From: Mobula birostris | Taxonomy: Eukaryota | Direction: 5' to 3' | Assembly (NCBI RefSeq): GCF_030028105.1 | Contig: NC_092393.1 | Location: 9,614,012-9,678,011 of the forward strand | Length of the DNA stretch: 64,000 bases | Shown: one piece after another, positions 39,433 through 53,874 of the stretch | Position numbering within the stretch: the stretch's first letter is position 1 | Layout: every line of letters starts with the position of its first letter | Program-made: the position numbers and the translations under genes | The notes under the pieces: generated by a model | The model's database searches: none | What the model was told of the DNA's origin: nothing | The model's input: only the letters and a program-made list of their open reading frames with translations

Positions 39433-40037
39433 TTCTTACTACACAATAAAAGATATAAACTAGCCTTTTTTCCTAGTTGATACCTCAACATATTGATTTA
39501 AAAGCTATCTCATATACATTCCATGAATATGTCTTCATCACCAATATAAGTTTTTGAGTTGTCCAATCTATATGCAAGTTAAAGTCTCTAGTAATTATTG
39601 ATATTCCCATTGTTACAAGCCTCTAATTTCCTGATTAACAGTGTGCCCAATATCACAATCACTATTTGGTAGCCCAGAAATAATTCCCTGCAATGCTTTT
39701 TATCAGTTCAATGCAAACTGATTCTAATTCTACATCAAGATCCACTGAGCCAAGATCATTTCTCAACACAACTGTAATCTAATCCCTTACTAATAGCGCC
39801 ACAACCCTCTAACTTTTTGCCTTTGTTTACTAACTACTGAATATCCTTCAACATTTAACCAGTCCTGGTCACCCTCCAGAAAAGCTCCCATAATGGCAAT
39901 GAGATCATACCTGTTTAGTTCTGTTAGTGGCATCTGCCTGCTCTGAATACTGATCAGAGATGTAGTACTTCTAATTTTGCCATTCCAATATTTTTCCATA
40001 TATGGCTTATATGTTTCTGCTATTTGTTTTGCCTCCT

Positions 40038-41330
40038 CCTGGTACTATCACATCTGAAATCCTGTCTGCCCACTACCCTGGACCCCCATCAATTTGCCTG
40101 TGCACCAACACGTCAACAGAAGATGCCATCTCCACGGCACTTCACTCTGCCCTGCCCACCTGGACAGCCCCAACTCTTACGTCAGAATGCTGTTCATCGA
40201 CTTTAGTTCGGCATTCAATACTGTGATCCCCTCCAAGCTGATCGCCAAACTTTGCCAGCTTGGTATCAGCTCATCCCTCTGCAATTGGACCTTGGACTTT
40301 CTGACAAACAGACTCCAATCAGTTAAGTTAGACAACGTCTCCTCCTCCACTCTCATCCTGAACACCGGCGTGCCTCAAGGCTGTGTGCTGAGCTCTCTTT
40401 GGTACTCCCTTTTCACCTATGACTGCGTTCATGTACATGGTTCTAACTCCATAATCAAGTTCGCAGACGACACCACGGTGGCTGGCCTGATCAGAGGGAG
40501 TGACGAGACAGCTTACAGGGAGGAGATCCAGCACTTGGCCATGTGGTATGCCGACAACAACCTGGCCCTTAACACCCAGAAGGCCAAGGAGATCATTGCG
40601 GACTTCAGGCATACTAGGAGCCACACTCATGTCCCCATCTACATCAACGGAGTTGTAGTGGAGCGTGTATCAAATTCCTTGGTGTCCACATTTCCAAGGA
40701 TCTCACCTGGTCCCTGAACTCCTCCATCCTGATCAAAAAGGCGCAACAGCACCTTTATTTCCTGCGGAGCATCAAGAAAGCTCACCTCTGTCTCAGGATA
40801 CTGACAGACTTTTACTGCTGTACCATTGAGAGCATACTCACCAACTGCATCTCAGTGTGGTATGGCAATTGTCCCTTATCGGACCACAAAGCACACCAGC
40901 GTGTGGGGAAAACTGCCCAGCGGATTAGCAGCACCCAATTGCCCACCATTGAGAACATCTACCATAAACGCTGCCTGGGGAGGGCAAAAGCATTATCAAG
41001 GATGCATCTCACCCTAACCATGGACTTTTTACTCTCCTCCCATCTGGTAGGTGCTACAGGAGCCTCCGCTCCTGCACCAGCAGGCACAGGAAGAGCTTCT
41101 TCCCTGAGGCTGTGACGCTGCTGAATCTCACGTCACAGCGCTAAGCAGTATTGCACCCATATTGTACTGTCTCAGTACTTTTATATTTGTGTGCTGTAGC
41201 ATTTACTTTGTATTCACAGTTATTTTGTAAATAACACTATTCTTTGCATTTCTGGTTAGATGCTAGCTACATTTCATTGGCTTTATATCTGTACTCGGCA
41301 CAATGATAATAAAGTTGAATCTAATCTAAT
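40038..41330 (+). mobile_element. 5'-truncated Rex1/Babar-like LINE
   Basis: [28 protein letters not shown] and KFADDT motifs, then AATAAA and an (AATCT)n tail. Inserted in an older antisense CR1 relic. Confidence 0.9.
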
Positions 41331-42712
41331 CCTTCCATTCTCTCCTTGCTCAATCCCAAATGAGATTTCCACTCCCCAACCCCCAGCCAAACTGGTTTAA
41401 CCCTCTAACAAACCACCTCACCTCACATCAGGTTATTGGTCCTTGCCCAGTGGGGTGCAATCCACCTGATTTGTACAACTCCCACTTGCCCCTGAAGAGA
41501 CACCAAATCTCTTGTTCTTACACTATCTCATCTTTTTCTCTCTCCTCCTGTCCCAGCACTTGTTATTACATGTCACTGGGAGTACTGGCTGTCTGAATCT
41601 AATTATAATCTTCTACTGGTGGTCAGATCTCAGGTTAACATCTCCAGATTCCTTAGACTGTACTGGAGCAACTACCCAGCTCCTCCTCTCCCTATTTTCT
41701 GAACAGCTGCAGGCATTGCCAAAGGATGAATTTCAAATGCAAAGCATATTAACTATGCATGGGGGTTACCAATCCCCTAGGAATAGCCTAGAGTCTACAA
41801 AAATTAGTTAGCAAACCCAGGAGCAGGATCTGTTTTGAATTTTTCATTCAGTAGCTGAAAAATACTGAAGATTAGAACATAGCTCTTTGACAATTGAGAA
41901 TCAGTCAATTGAATTACAAGGAGTATGTTCAGCATGAAGCTGCTGTCATAAGGCAAGAGTACCATGTATTGGGCTATCTGCAGTTGGAGTGAATCTTTTG
42001 GAGCTGAGAGATAATGTGCTGGGACCTCCAGCATTATGTCCACCAATTGTACGTGAAGCTTGTCTGCACAATCTGAAGCAATTACCCTTGCCAACTAAAC
42101 ACTGTCTATGAATGACAAAGGAAGGATTTGAATGAACTTTTGTATATGCATGGAAGTTGTGATCTGTAAGTCATCCATGCTGGCTTGATTCTGTGCATCT
42201 AAAATTCATCGATGCTCCTCATTACAATAATAGCCACATTCAGTCACGTTATTTATTGCATCAATGCATATTCATGATATGACATTTCAACTGAAGCTAT
42301 TTGGTGCTTAAAGGAGGGCACTTCATAAAATATGCATATCCCCTGAAGACTGTCCCTAGATTAAGTGTTCTCCTCTGTACCTGCTTCCCTGTTCAGAGCT
42401 CTAGATTCTCCTGTAGCCGAGTACCTATCTTTCATACCTTGAGGATACTTAATTACTGAACTTCCACAGTTCTCTGGAATGGAGGATTCTAAAGACTCAC
42501 TGGCATCTTCTACTCAAGGAATCTTTCCAAGACAACCCCTCACCCCGGGAATCAGCCTAGCGAACCTCAGCTATATCACCTCTAAGTCAGGTTGATACTT
42601 CTTTAAATAAGGAGATCAAAATTAAGCACAGTCATCATAGGCCTGTAGATTTGCACTGGGCCTTCTTTCCTCTAACATGTCAACTCTTTGCAATAAAGGC
42701 TAACCTTTCACT

Positions 42713-43066
42713 TGATGAGATGATGAGATGATGAGAGGCATTGATCGTGTGGATAGCCAGAGGCTTTTTCCCGGGGCTTAAATGGGTAACACAAGAGCAC
42801 ACAGTTTTAAGGTGAATGGAAGCAGGTACGAGGAGATGTCAGGGGTAAGTTTTTTTTGCAGAGAGTGGTGAGTGCATGGAATGGGTTGCCGGCGATGATG
42901 GTAGAGGCGGATACGATGGGGTCTTTTTAAGAGACTCTTGGATAGGTACATGGAACTTAGAAAAAGAGGTCTATGGCTAACCCTAGGTAATTTCTAAAGT
43001 AAGTACATGTTCGGCAGAGCATTGTGGGCCGAAAGGCCTGTGTTGTGCTGTAGGTTTTCTATGTTT
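42713..43066 (+). mobile_element. CR1 3' end
   Basis: Same family as ~39085-39430; the 5' junction carries GATGAGAT three times. Confidence 0.85.
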
Positions 43067-45807
43067 TTATTTACTTGCTTAATTGCCTGCCTAATCTCCA
43101 CATTGACTTGCTGTGATTTTTATTTTTGGTACAGATTTTGGTTCAGATTTCTCAGAACATCATTTAATAAGATGACTCATTTTGAAGAAATATCTGCTTT
43201 TCAAGTCTTCCCTCTTAAGTGGACAACCTCACTTTTCTCCATTTTATACTCCATTACGTCACAATTTGTCTATTCAGTTAACTTATATAAACCCTTTTGC
43301 AGACACCATGCATCTTGTCTGGAAGTTTATTTTCTCCCTGGTTTAGTATCATAAACCAACCTGGACACATTACATTCAGTTCCTACAACAGACTCATTAA
43401 TCAAGATTGCAAACAACTAATGCCCAAGCATTGATCTTTATGATACTAGACCAGCCACAGCTTGCCAACCTGAAAATTATTAATTTAATCACTATCTTTT
43501 GTTATAAGACCATAAGATATAGGAGCAGAGGTAGGCCATTCGGCTCTTCAAATCTGCTCTGCCCTTCAACCATGGGCTGATTCAATTCTTCCAGTCATCC
43601 CCACTATCCTGCTTTCTCCCCATACCCTTTGATGTTTTCTGTGTGTGAACCAACCTTTATATACAGTACTCCTCTTTATCCGCATAAAGTCATAAGAATA
43701 GGAAGACCTGCTCAGGCATGTTCAAGTTCAAATTTTTTAAGAGGCAATACATACAGAGACAAAAAGCAAAGTTCAAAGTACAAAGTACACTTATCATCGA
43801 AGTATATATACTATATACAACCTTGAGATTTGCCTCCTTACAGGCAGCTACTAAAAAAAGAAACCCAATGGAACCAATTAAAAAATAGAAGACCACCAAA
43901 CACCCAATCCACAGAAAAAAAAAAATCATGCAAACAATAAAAGCAAATAACATTCAGAACTGAAGCTCATGAAGTGAGTCCACAGTCACAAAGCCAGTCA
44001 CAGCAGATCCAGGAGCCCGTTAGTTGCATGCCACAGCCTTAGTTCAAGCATGGAGATGAGTAAACCTCGTGGAGCAGCAAACTGAAGTGGCTTGTCCTTC
44101 ACCTCCAGCCCCAACGTGATCTTTTCAATCTAGCCCAGCATTTAAATCGTTCAAACCTCACTTTCAGACCCGGGCCCTACTGCTTTGATATGCTCTTAGA
44201 CCCATGCCCTACCACCTCAATTTTGCCATACCTGACTTTTTCAATTTGGCCCGATTCTTAAATTGATTAAACCTCGGGTCCTTTCTTGCTCTCAGGCCCA
44301 GGTCCGGGCCCTGTACCCTCGACTCTGCATTGTCTCTACTTGCCTCACCTCGGTTCTGTCACTTCGAATCGCTGCCAAGTCTGCTCCAGCAATGGATAAA
44401 TATCGGCCCTTTCCTCATTCTCATGACTGAGCCCTGTTACCTCAATTCAGCCTGTAATGCCACACTGCAAAAGTCCTGCACCTTCGAGACTTCAGTTCAC
44501 ACAAAAAAATGCCAGGTCATAACAGATCAAACTCAAAAGGATAGTTACAGGCTATTGATTGCAGTGATTGAGTCTGAGAAAAAGTGTGATTAATAGAGTG
44601 ATTTGTAGTTTTGTTTGCTACCAGCTGTGCATCACCAGCAGAGTCCATCCATGGCAAAACCATTGCTACAGAAATTAACTTCTTTTTCCAGCAGCATCAC
44701 ATACATTACAAATATGACACACATAAATTACATTAATTTACATGAACATAAATTAAACGTAACTTCCATTGGCAACAATGGTGACAAGGAGGCATACAGG
44801 AGTGAGTTAGATTGGCTGGCTGAATGGTGTCAAAGGTTCATTTATTATCAAAATATACAACTCTGAAATTCTTCTCCAGGTAGCAATGAAACAAAGAAAA
44901 GCAGCACAACCATCAACCCCCAAATCCCCCCTCCCTGTACCAAAAAAACAAAAACAGAACAGGCTTAAATCCCGTTCCCTGCACAGAGAAACAACAGCGA
45001 TCAGGCAAATACACAGAATATAAAAACTGCAGGACTGAAAAAAAGTCTGTAGTCCAAGTCCACATCCAAAAAACACAGAAAACCTGGATAGCATTCTCCG
45101 GGCACAGCGCCAGGCTCTCTCCTCTCTGGTAGTGTAGCAGAGCAATCCCACTAATTATCAAAAGGCAGGCAACCAGCATTCACCCTCTGCACTCGCCTCG
45201 ATGTTTCAATCTCCCTTGTCGCTTTAATCAGCGCACAATGGAAGCTTTAATTGGTGAAATGGAGTCAAATATCGGCTTGCACCCTGTCCCACAGCCTGCC
45301 TACCATGAGGTTTGCATACACTGCCTCTGTCTCCCAGAATCCTCTTGGAGACTGCAGAGTACTGAAGCACCCAAATCAGAATCAGGTTTATTATCACTGC
45401 CATGTGACGTGAAATTTGTTAACTTAGCAGCAGCAGTTCAATGCAATACATTGCAATGCGGAGAGAGAAAAAAAAATTTTAAAAAATAATAATAAAAAAA
45501 CAAGTAAATCAGTTACGTATATTGAATAGATTTTAAAGAATGTGCAAAAGCAGAAATATTAAAAAATATTAAAAAAGTGAGGTAGTGTCCAAAGCTTCAA
45601 TGTCCATTTAGGAATCAGATGACAGAGGGAAAGAAGCTGTTCCTGAATCGCCAAGTGTGTGCCTTCAGGCTTCTATATCTCCTACCTGGTGGTAACAATG
45701 AGAAATGGAGGCAAGGCTGAAAGGAGTTAGTTGATTCATATGCTTGTTTAAGGCTCGTGAAAACATCATCAAATCTCAGCTCCAATATATACTTTGCTGG
45801 ACTCATC

Positions 45808-48800
45808 AGACCATTAGATATAGGAACAGAATTTGGGCATTTGTCCCATCGAGTCTGCTCTGCCATTTCATCTTCCTACATGCCCTGACAAATTAACTAT
45901 CTATCAACCTCTGTCTTAAAGATATCCAATGATTTGGCCTCCACAGCCACCTGTGGCAACGAATTCCACAGATCAGCACTCTCTGGCTAAAGCAATTCCT
46001 CCTCATCTTTGTTCTAAATGAACATTCCTCTATTCTGGGGCTAGGCTATCTAGTCCTTGACTCACCCACCATATCAGACATCCTTTCCATATCCACTCTA
46101 TTAATGCCTTTCAACATTAGATGGAATTCAATAAGATCCCCCTAAATTTTCTGAATTCCAGTGAGTACAGGCCCAGAGCCTCAATTGGTCCTTATATGGT
46201 AACCTTTTCATCCCTGGAATCATTCTCACGAACCTTCTCTGAACTCTTTCCAATGTCAGTGCATCCATTCTTAGATAAGGGGCAAAAAACTGCTCACAAT
46301 GCACCAAGTGAGGCCTTAATAGTGCCTTATAAAGCCTCAGCATTACATCCCTTCTTATCTATTCTAGTCCTCTCCAAACGAATGCTAACATTGCATTTGC
46401 TTTCCTCACCACTGACCCAACCTGCCTTCATGAAGACTCCCAAGTCCTTTTGCATTTTCGTATTTTTCTCTCCATTTAGAAAATAGTCTGCTTTTTATTT
46501 CTTCTACCAAAATGCATGACCACGCACTTCCTGACTCTGTATTCCATCTGCCATTTCTTTTCCCATTTTCCTAATCTGTCTAAGTCCTTCTGCAGCCTCC
46601 CTGCTTCTTAAACATTACCTGCCCCTCTACCTATCTTCATAATGTCCGCAATGTCAGCAAACTTGGGCACAAACCCAACAATTCCGTCATCAAAAATTAT
46701 TGACATATAACGTAAAAAGAAGTAGTCCCAACACAGACCCCTGACGAACACCATTAGTCACTGGCAGTCAATATGTAAAGGCTCCCTTTATTCCCACTCT
46801 TTGCCTCCTACTAATCAGCCAATGCTCTATCCACACTAGTATCTTTCCTGTAATAGCATGGGCTCCTAACTTTATAAGCAGCCTCATGTGTGGCACCTTG
46901 TCAAAGGTTTTCTGAAAATCCAAGTACACAATGTCCACCAATTCTCCTTTGTCAATCTTGCTTGTAATTTCTTCAAAGAATTCCAACAAAATTGTTAGGC
47001 AAGATTTTCCCTTAAGGAAACCATGCTGACTTCAATCTATTTTATCATGTGCCTCCAAGCACCCTGCAACCACAACTGACTCCAACATCTTCCCAACCAC
47101 TAAGGTCTGACCTATAATTTTCTTTCTTCTACCTCTCTCCCTTGTTGAACAGTGGACTGACATTTTGCAATTTTCCAGTTCTCCAGAATGATGCCAGCAT
47201 TTATTGATTTTTGAAAGATCATTACTAATGCCTCCACAATTTCTCTCAGAACCTTGGGATGTATACCTGTAAATCTGGACATGTTGATTTATCTACCTTT
47301 AGACTTTTCAGTTTCCCAAGCACTTTCTCCCGAGTAAAGGCTGCTTCACTTATCTCTGCCCATTGACACCTTAGTTCTGGCATACTGCTAGTGTCTTCCA
47401 CAGTGAAGACTGTTGCAAAATACTTATTCAGTTTGTCCACCATTTCATTGTCCCCGATTACTACCTCTCCAGCATCATTTTCCAGTGGTCTAATATCTAC
47501 TCTCGCCTCTCTTTTACACTTTATGTATCTAAAGAAACTTTTGGTATCCTCTTTTATATTATTGACTAGCCTACCGCTTTTCCCTCCTTATGACTTTTTT
47601 CGTTGCCTTCTGTTGTTTTTTAAAAGCTTTGCAATCCTCTAACTTCCTACTAATATTTGCTCTATTATATAAGCTCTCGTTGCCCCCCCCCCCGCAAGGG
47701 TTCCTTTACCTTAAAGCTCTCTAATCAATTCCAGACGATTGCACAACACCCAATCCAGATTAGCTGATCCCCTAGTAGGCTCAACCACGAGCTGTTCAAG
47801 AAAGCCATCTTGTAGAAATTCTAGAAATTATCCCTTCTGAGATCCAACACCAAGCCTTTCCCATCTCTAATCATAATTAGTAGCTCACATCCTGGTTACT
47901 ATTCAGGGGCCTGTATATAACTTCCATCAGTGTCTTTTGACTTTGTGGTTTCTTAACTCTACTCAGAAAGATTCTACATCTTCTGATCCTATGTCATCTT
48001 GTCCTAAGGATTTGATTTCATTTCTAACCAACAGAACCACCCCACCCCTTCAGCCTACCTGCCTGTCCTTTTGAAACAACGTGTATCCTTGGATGTTAAG
48101 CTCCCAACTATAATCATCTTTCAGCCATGACTCAGCGATGCCTATAGCATAACTGTACTACACATTCATCTAATTTATTCTGTATACCGCGTGCATTCCA
48201 ATATAACACCTTCAGTCCTCTATTCATCACCCTTTTCGATTTTGTCCCTCGTTTACACTGCAACTCATTCCATTGACTGCAATTTTTCCCTGTTATCAAC
48301 CTCTCTTTGCCTCTGTTTGTAAACCAACTACCTCTCAGTCCTATCACCCTGGTTCCCATCTCCCTGCCAAATTATTTTAACCCCTCCCAAACAGCTCTAG
48401 CACACCTGCCCACAAGGATACTGGTCCCTTTTGTACAGGTCGTACCTTCAAGAGATCTTAATGATCCAGAATTATGAATCCTTGCCCCCTGCACCAATTC
48501 CTCAGCCACACATTTATCTGCCAAATGCTCCAATTCTTACCCTCATTGGCACTTGGCACGTGGCACCAGGAGTAACCAGAGATTACTACCCTGATGGTCC
48601 TATTTTTTAGTTTTCTACCTAGCTCTCTAAAATTTGTCTTCCAGACCCCCTCACCTTTCCTACCTATGTCATTGGAGCCAATGTGTTCCAAGACTGCTCC
48701 CCCTCCCTCTTTAGAATGCCATGGACCTGATCTGAGACATGGCACCTGGGAGGCAACATACCATCTCGGTGTCTCTATCACGTCCACAGAATCTCACCTC

Positions 48801-49345
48801 TGTTCCTCTAACTATGGAATCTCCAATCATCACTGCAGTCCTCTTTTACTGCCCCCACCCCCCCGCCACCATTCTGAGCCATAGTACCAAAGACCCAATC
48901 ACTGCATCTCCCCCTTGGTGGGTCGTCCTCTCCAACAGTATCCAAAAAGTACACTTATTATTGAAGGGAATGGCTGCAGGGGTACTTTGTACTAGCTGCA
49001 AATTTCCCTTCCTTTTTCTGACAGTCTCTCAATTACCTTCTCCTTCAACCTAGGGGTGACCTCTTCCCTGTAGCTCCTGTCATCACTTCCTCAGTCTCCT
49101 GGATGAGCTGAAGTCATTGAGCTGCAGTTCCAGTTCCTTAAAACATTCTCTAAGGAGCTGTAACTCGGTTAACCTGGTGCAGATGTGGTTATCTGGGAGG
49201 TCTTCCAGAATTCCCACATCTTACATGAAGATCATAACACTGCCCCTGGAGTCATTCTCACTATACTCTAACAGATGAGGAATGAAGAATAAAGACGAAG
49301 AAGAAACTTACCAGATACTTGCCTCACCCTAGCCTGATAAGCCTA
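45808..49345 (-). mobile_element. Near full-length decayed CR1 LINE (esterase ORF1 and ORF2)
   Basis: HIGSNDIG..VVISG (esterase), YWNARGI (endonuclease start), [21 protein letters not shown] and a CR1 3' UTR. Confidence 0.9.
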
Positions 49346-50068
49346 AGCCAAAGACTCCTCACTCTAACACTGGCCCACTCAATGTCCACCCCATTTGCCC
49401 CAACTGTAGTTTTATTCATGCTTGCTAACAAATCCCATTCTCTGATTGGCTGCAGTTCAAACTCTGAAAATTGCCACAATGCGCACTTTTTTCATCTTCA
49501 ATTGTGGACCTATGTGAAGTCGCCTCTTCCTATCATGCTCCTGTACACTGATTAGGTGCATTCAGACTTATTTACCACTCCATATGGTACACTCCAATAC
49601 TCATCTAACAGTAATCTCTATCAGCAACTGTTCACCTCTCCTCGAACTCGTCACACACTCCACAGATCCATACCCACACCTCTCAGCTCAATGTATGTGG
49701 GGGTGGTGGGAAAAATAACTGTTCTTCCTTCCAAATATCCCTGCCCAGCGTCTGACACTATACCCTGGACAAGCGGAGAGCATTTATTCATGTTCCTGTC
49801 TTGTGTTTTGGAGATAATGGAAAGGCCTTAGGGTGTCAGGAGCTGAGCTGCTCTCAGCAGGATGCTTGTCCTTTGACCTGCTCTTTTCATAGAGAAGTAC
49901 AGCACAGAAACAAACCCTTCATCCCATTTAGTCTATGCTGAAACTATTTAAACTGCTTGCTCCCATCAACCTACACTAAGACCATAGCCCTCCATATCCC
50001 TACTATCCAACATTTAACTTCTCTTAAATGTTGAAATCGAGCTCACATGTACCACTTGTGCTGGCAGC

Positions 50069-50587
50069 TGTCAGGACCTCCAGTTAAACTCTGTCTTTTT
50101 GTGTGTTTTCCCCCTAGCCATCAGTCTGTGGTTTTGTATTGCCATGTGCTCTTGTTTGTTTTCATGCCCCATGTGCTCCTGTCCCTGCTCCTGCTCTACT
50201 CCGGCCCCTGTGTTACTGAGTACTCCACCTCTCACCTGTTTCTCATTATTACCCATTTCGCTGCCACTTCTGTCTTGTTGTTCTCCACCTATCATCTGCC
50301 TCTCTGTTTATTGCCCGGTGTATTTTAGTCCCGTGTTTTCACCTGTTTGTTGCCAGATTGTACCAGTGAATTTTCTTGAGCCTTTACAGCATTCGTATCT
50401 GTACTCTGTCCGTCTGAATATCAACTCTGCCTGTTTCCTGATTCTGGTTTTTGGATTTCTCTGGATGTTTTGATCTCTGCCTGAACTTTGGTGCCGACTT
50501 TGTTTGCACCTCGGGATCTGTTACTCAATTAATATTGTGTGCGCAGTACTGGCTCTATGATTGGATCCCTGCTCCAGCATCCTGACA
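50069..50587. mobile_element. Solo LTR (519 bp) inserted in an antisense CR1 3' fragment (~49888-51030)
   Basis: Termini TGTCAGGA...TCCTGACA (perfect 8-bp inverted ends, TG..CA). The CR1 sequence resumes on the far side, and the flanks GCAGC/GTAAC may be a decayed TSD. Confidence 0.75.
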
Positions 50588-51694
50588 GTAACTCATTCCA
50601 CACTCTCACAATCTCCCTCTAAGTGAAGAAGTTTCCCCTCACATTTCCAACTTCCCACCTTTCCCCCTTCAGCCATGACCTCAGGCTGTAGTCCCACCCA
50701 AGCTCTGTGGAAAAAGCCTGCTTGCATTTAGCATTTAGACTATGAAGACACGTAGTCTTCTTTTATTGTCATTTAGTAATGCATGCATTAAGAAATGATA
50801 CAATATTTTATCTATACCCTTCACATTTTTGTATACCTCTATCAAATCTCTTAATCTTCCATGTTATAAAGAATACAGTACTTACTTATTCAATCTGTCC
50901 TTATAAATCAGGTCCTCCAGACCCAACAACATTCTTGTGAATTTTCTCTGCACTCTTTCAACCTTGCCTACATCTTTCCCGTAGGTAGGTGACCAAAACT
51001 GCACACAATACTCCAAATCAGGCTTCGCCAAGAAGCCAAGTTATTTAAGTGGTGGGTACAAAAGATTCTGCAGATGTTGGATATCTCTAATAACACATAC
51101 AAAATGCTGGAAGAACTCAATAAGGCAGCATTTCTGAAAGGAAATAAACAGTTGTTTTTGGCCTGATATATCGAGTGTTTAGTTCCTTCCTACTGACCTA
51201 CTGATTTCCTCCAGCATTTTTCATTTATGAGGTTAGTCTATTTGAGTTTCTGGTCAATGGTGATATCCCCAGAGTATTGATGATGGAAAAGCTGGCAATG
51301 GCTATGCTATTGAGTGTCAAAAGTTAGGTGGTCAAATTCTCTTTTGCTGGGGATGCAGTCCATTGAATGTTCTTGAGACCTAGTCAAATTCAAGAATAGA
51401 CTGCTTCATTGGCTGAACATTGTTCAAAGTATGAATTCAAAGTAAATTTATTATCTGTTCATATACGTCACTATATAAAATGCTGAAGTTTATTTTCTTG
51501 TGGGCATTCATGTTAATCCAACACAACAGAATCAATGAAAGACCATACCCAAGAGGGCAGACAAACAATACACAAAAGACAATAAACTGTGTAAACACAA
51601 AGGAAAAACAAATAATTAAATAAATAAGCAATAAATATAAAGAACACGAGATGAAGAGTTGTTTGAAGTGAGTCCATAGGTTGTGGAAATCATC

Positions 51695-51985
51695 ACACAC
51701 ACTGGAAATCACCAGATACACTGGCCTATCACACACACACTGGAAATCACCACATACATTGGACCATCACACACACTGGAAATCATCACATACACTGGTC
51801 CATCACACACACACTGGAAACCACCACATACATTGAACCATCACCACCGACAATGGTCCATCACACACACTGAAATCACCACATATACTGGACCATCACG
51901 CACACTGGGAATCACCACTGACACTGGACCATCACGCACACTAGAAAACCCACCACACACACTGGAAATCACTGCACATCTAGTC
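51695..51985. repeat. Minisatellite with a ~36-38 bp bipartite unit (CACACTGGAAATCACCACATA + CACTGGACCATCACA), decaying out to ~52560
   Basis: Direct tandem repetition is visible. Confidence 0.85.
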
Positions 51986-53589
51986 ACCACCATAAAACAC
52001 AACTCCATTGATCACACCGCACACCCTTGACGTTATGTAAGACACTGAACTTCACCATGATTCACTGGACATCACTGGATATCACTGAAAGGCAACAGAC
52101 ATCACCATAAACATTCAACATCACAGTTAGCAGAACCACAACACACTGTGAACCACTGTGGCACTTTTTTCATCACAGCCATATGCAGAACAATGCCACC
52201 ATGTAAGGATATCACTGCCATGCACAATAACATACTCGCGGACTCCACATCATTGCACATTCTAAGCATCACTGCCAGACATTGCACGGAGCCACCATCC
52301 AATGGACATCATTGTTACGTACTGGTTTTCACACTGATACACTGGGCATCACTACACTGTACATCAAGGCCATGCACTGGAGAGCACATTACTGACCAGC
52401 AATGGTGGTAATGGCTATTCTCTGGATATCACCAGTAAGGACTTAAGAGCACACTGGGAACACTGAACATTACTGCAATGTACTAGGCATCACTGGCACA
52501 CACTCAGTACCCTTCCATGTTCTGGACTGCATGGCCATGTTCTGGACACCTGTGGCATGGGACATTATAGGCCAATACAGTATGTTACAGAATTGTCAGA
52601 CATTGGATTTCTTTTAGGGGGTTACAGAAAAGGGCAATAGGTATTATTCAAATAAGACCAACCAGGCTTTAAAAATAAAAGTAAAGAAAAAGCAGTAATT
52701 GATTTTGAAATTAAAAGGTGTGTACAGAGTCCAGGCTGCTTTTTCAAAGCAGGGTACTGGCAGCACAAAAATGTGGTTTATAAGATGATGTGAAAATGCC
52801 TTGTTCTTGTCTGCATCAGCTAAGCATAAGATGATGGGGCACATATAGTTGTTACTTTGCACCCTTCTTCCAGAGGTTGGGGGGGGGGGGGGGTGCTACC
52901 AGACCAGACTAAATATTCTCACTTATCAGATCAAACTTGGTCATAGGAAAACTTGCCCTATTAATAATTCAGATATTTGTGCACTCAGAGAGTCAGCCCA
53001 CACAATCTTAACCTTGGATGTCTGGGATCTCTGAACTCAAAAATGCTTAGATCATCCGTGTGAACTACTTTGTCCCAACAAAGATATTTGAACCTTCAGA
53101 GGTGTATTGTCAAATGCAGCATGCTTCCGTTGTAAATAAGTCCTTTAATGGGACTATTTGTCAGGCACAAGATATTGAAGCATTTCAGTTTGAAATTGCA
53201 TTGAATCAATGTTCAAAGTAAATGTATTATCAAGGTACATATAAATCACCATATACAACCCTGAGATTCATTTTCTTACAGGCATTCATAGTAGAAGTAG
53301 GAAATGGCAAGCCAGTTCTGTAGAAAAATCTGCCAAAAACTATCATATCATACAACACAGTACATAATGATTCACAATAGAACAAAGAAATACAATAGGT
53401 TCAATGAAAAACTACACACAAAGACTGACAAGCAACCAATGTGCAAAAGACTAACTGTGCAAATAATAAAAAAACGAACAACTAAATAAGTAGTACTGAG
53501 AACATGAGTTGTAGAGCTCTTCAAATTGAGTCCATAGGTTGTGGAATCAGTTCAGAGTCAAGGTGATTCCACACTGGTTCAGGAGCCCG

Positions 53590-53870
53590 GTGGTTGAAGG
53601 TTAATAACTATTCCTAAACATCTTTTATAAGCCTACCAATTACCACGGTTAACTTCACTATACTTCTTCCCAGCCTGTCTCCTGTAAAAACGCTATTCCC
53701 TTTTTCCAGTTCCTTTGTCTCCATCGTATCTATTCTCAGGATGTGGCTTTTCTTTCCAGGACATTGGAGGTGTCCTCCTTTTTCAAAGAACGATGTTTTC
53801 CTTACTCCATCATTAAAACTGCCCTCATCTGCATCTCCTCCATTTCCTGAACATCCACACTCACCCCATC
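53590..53870 (+). mobile_element. Penelope-like internal fragment
   Basis: Similar to ~56770-57005 (DIFYKPT, CKNAIPFSQF). Confidence 0.75.
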
Positions 53871-53874
53871 TTCT

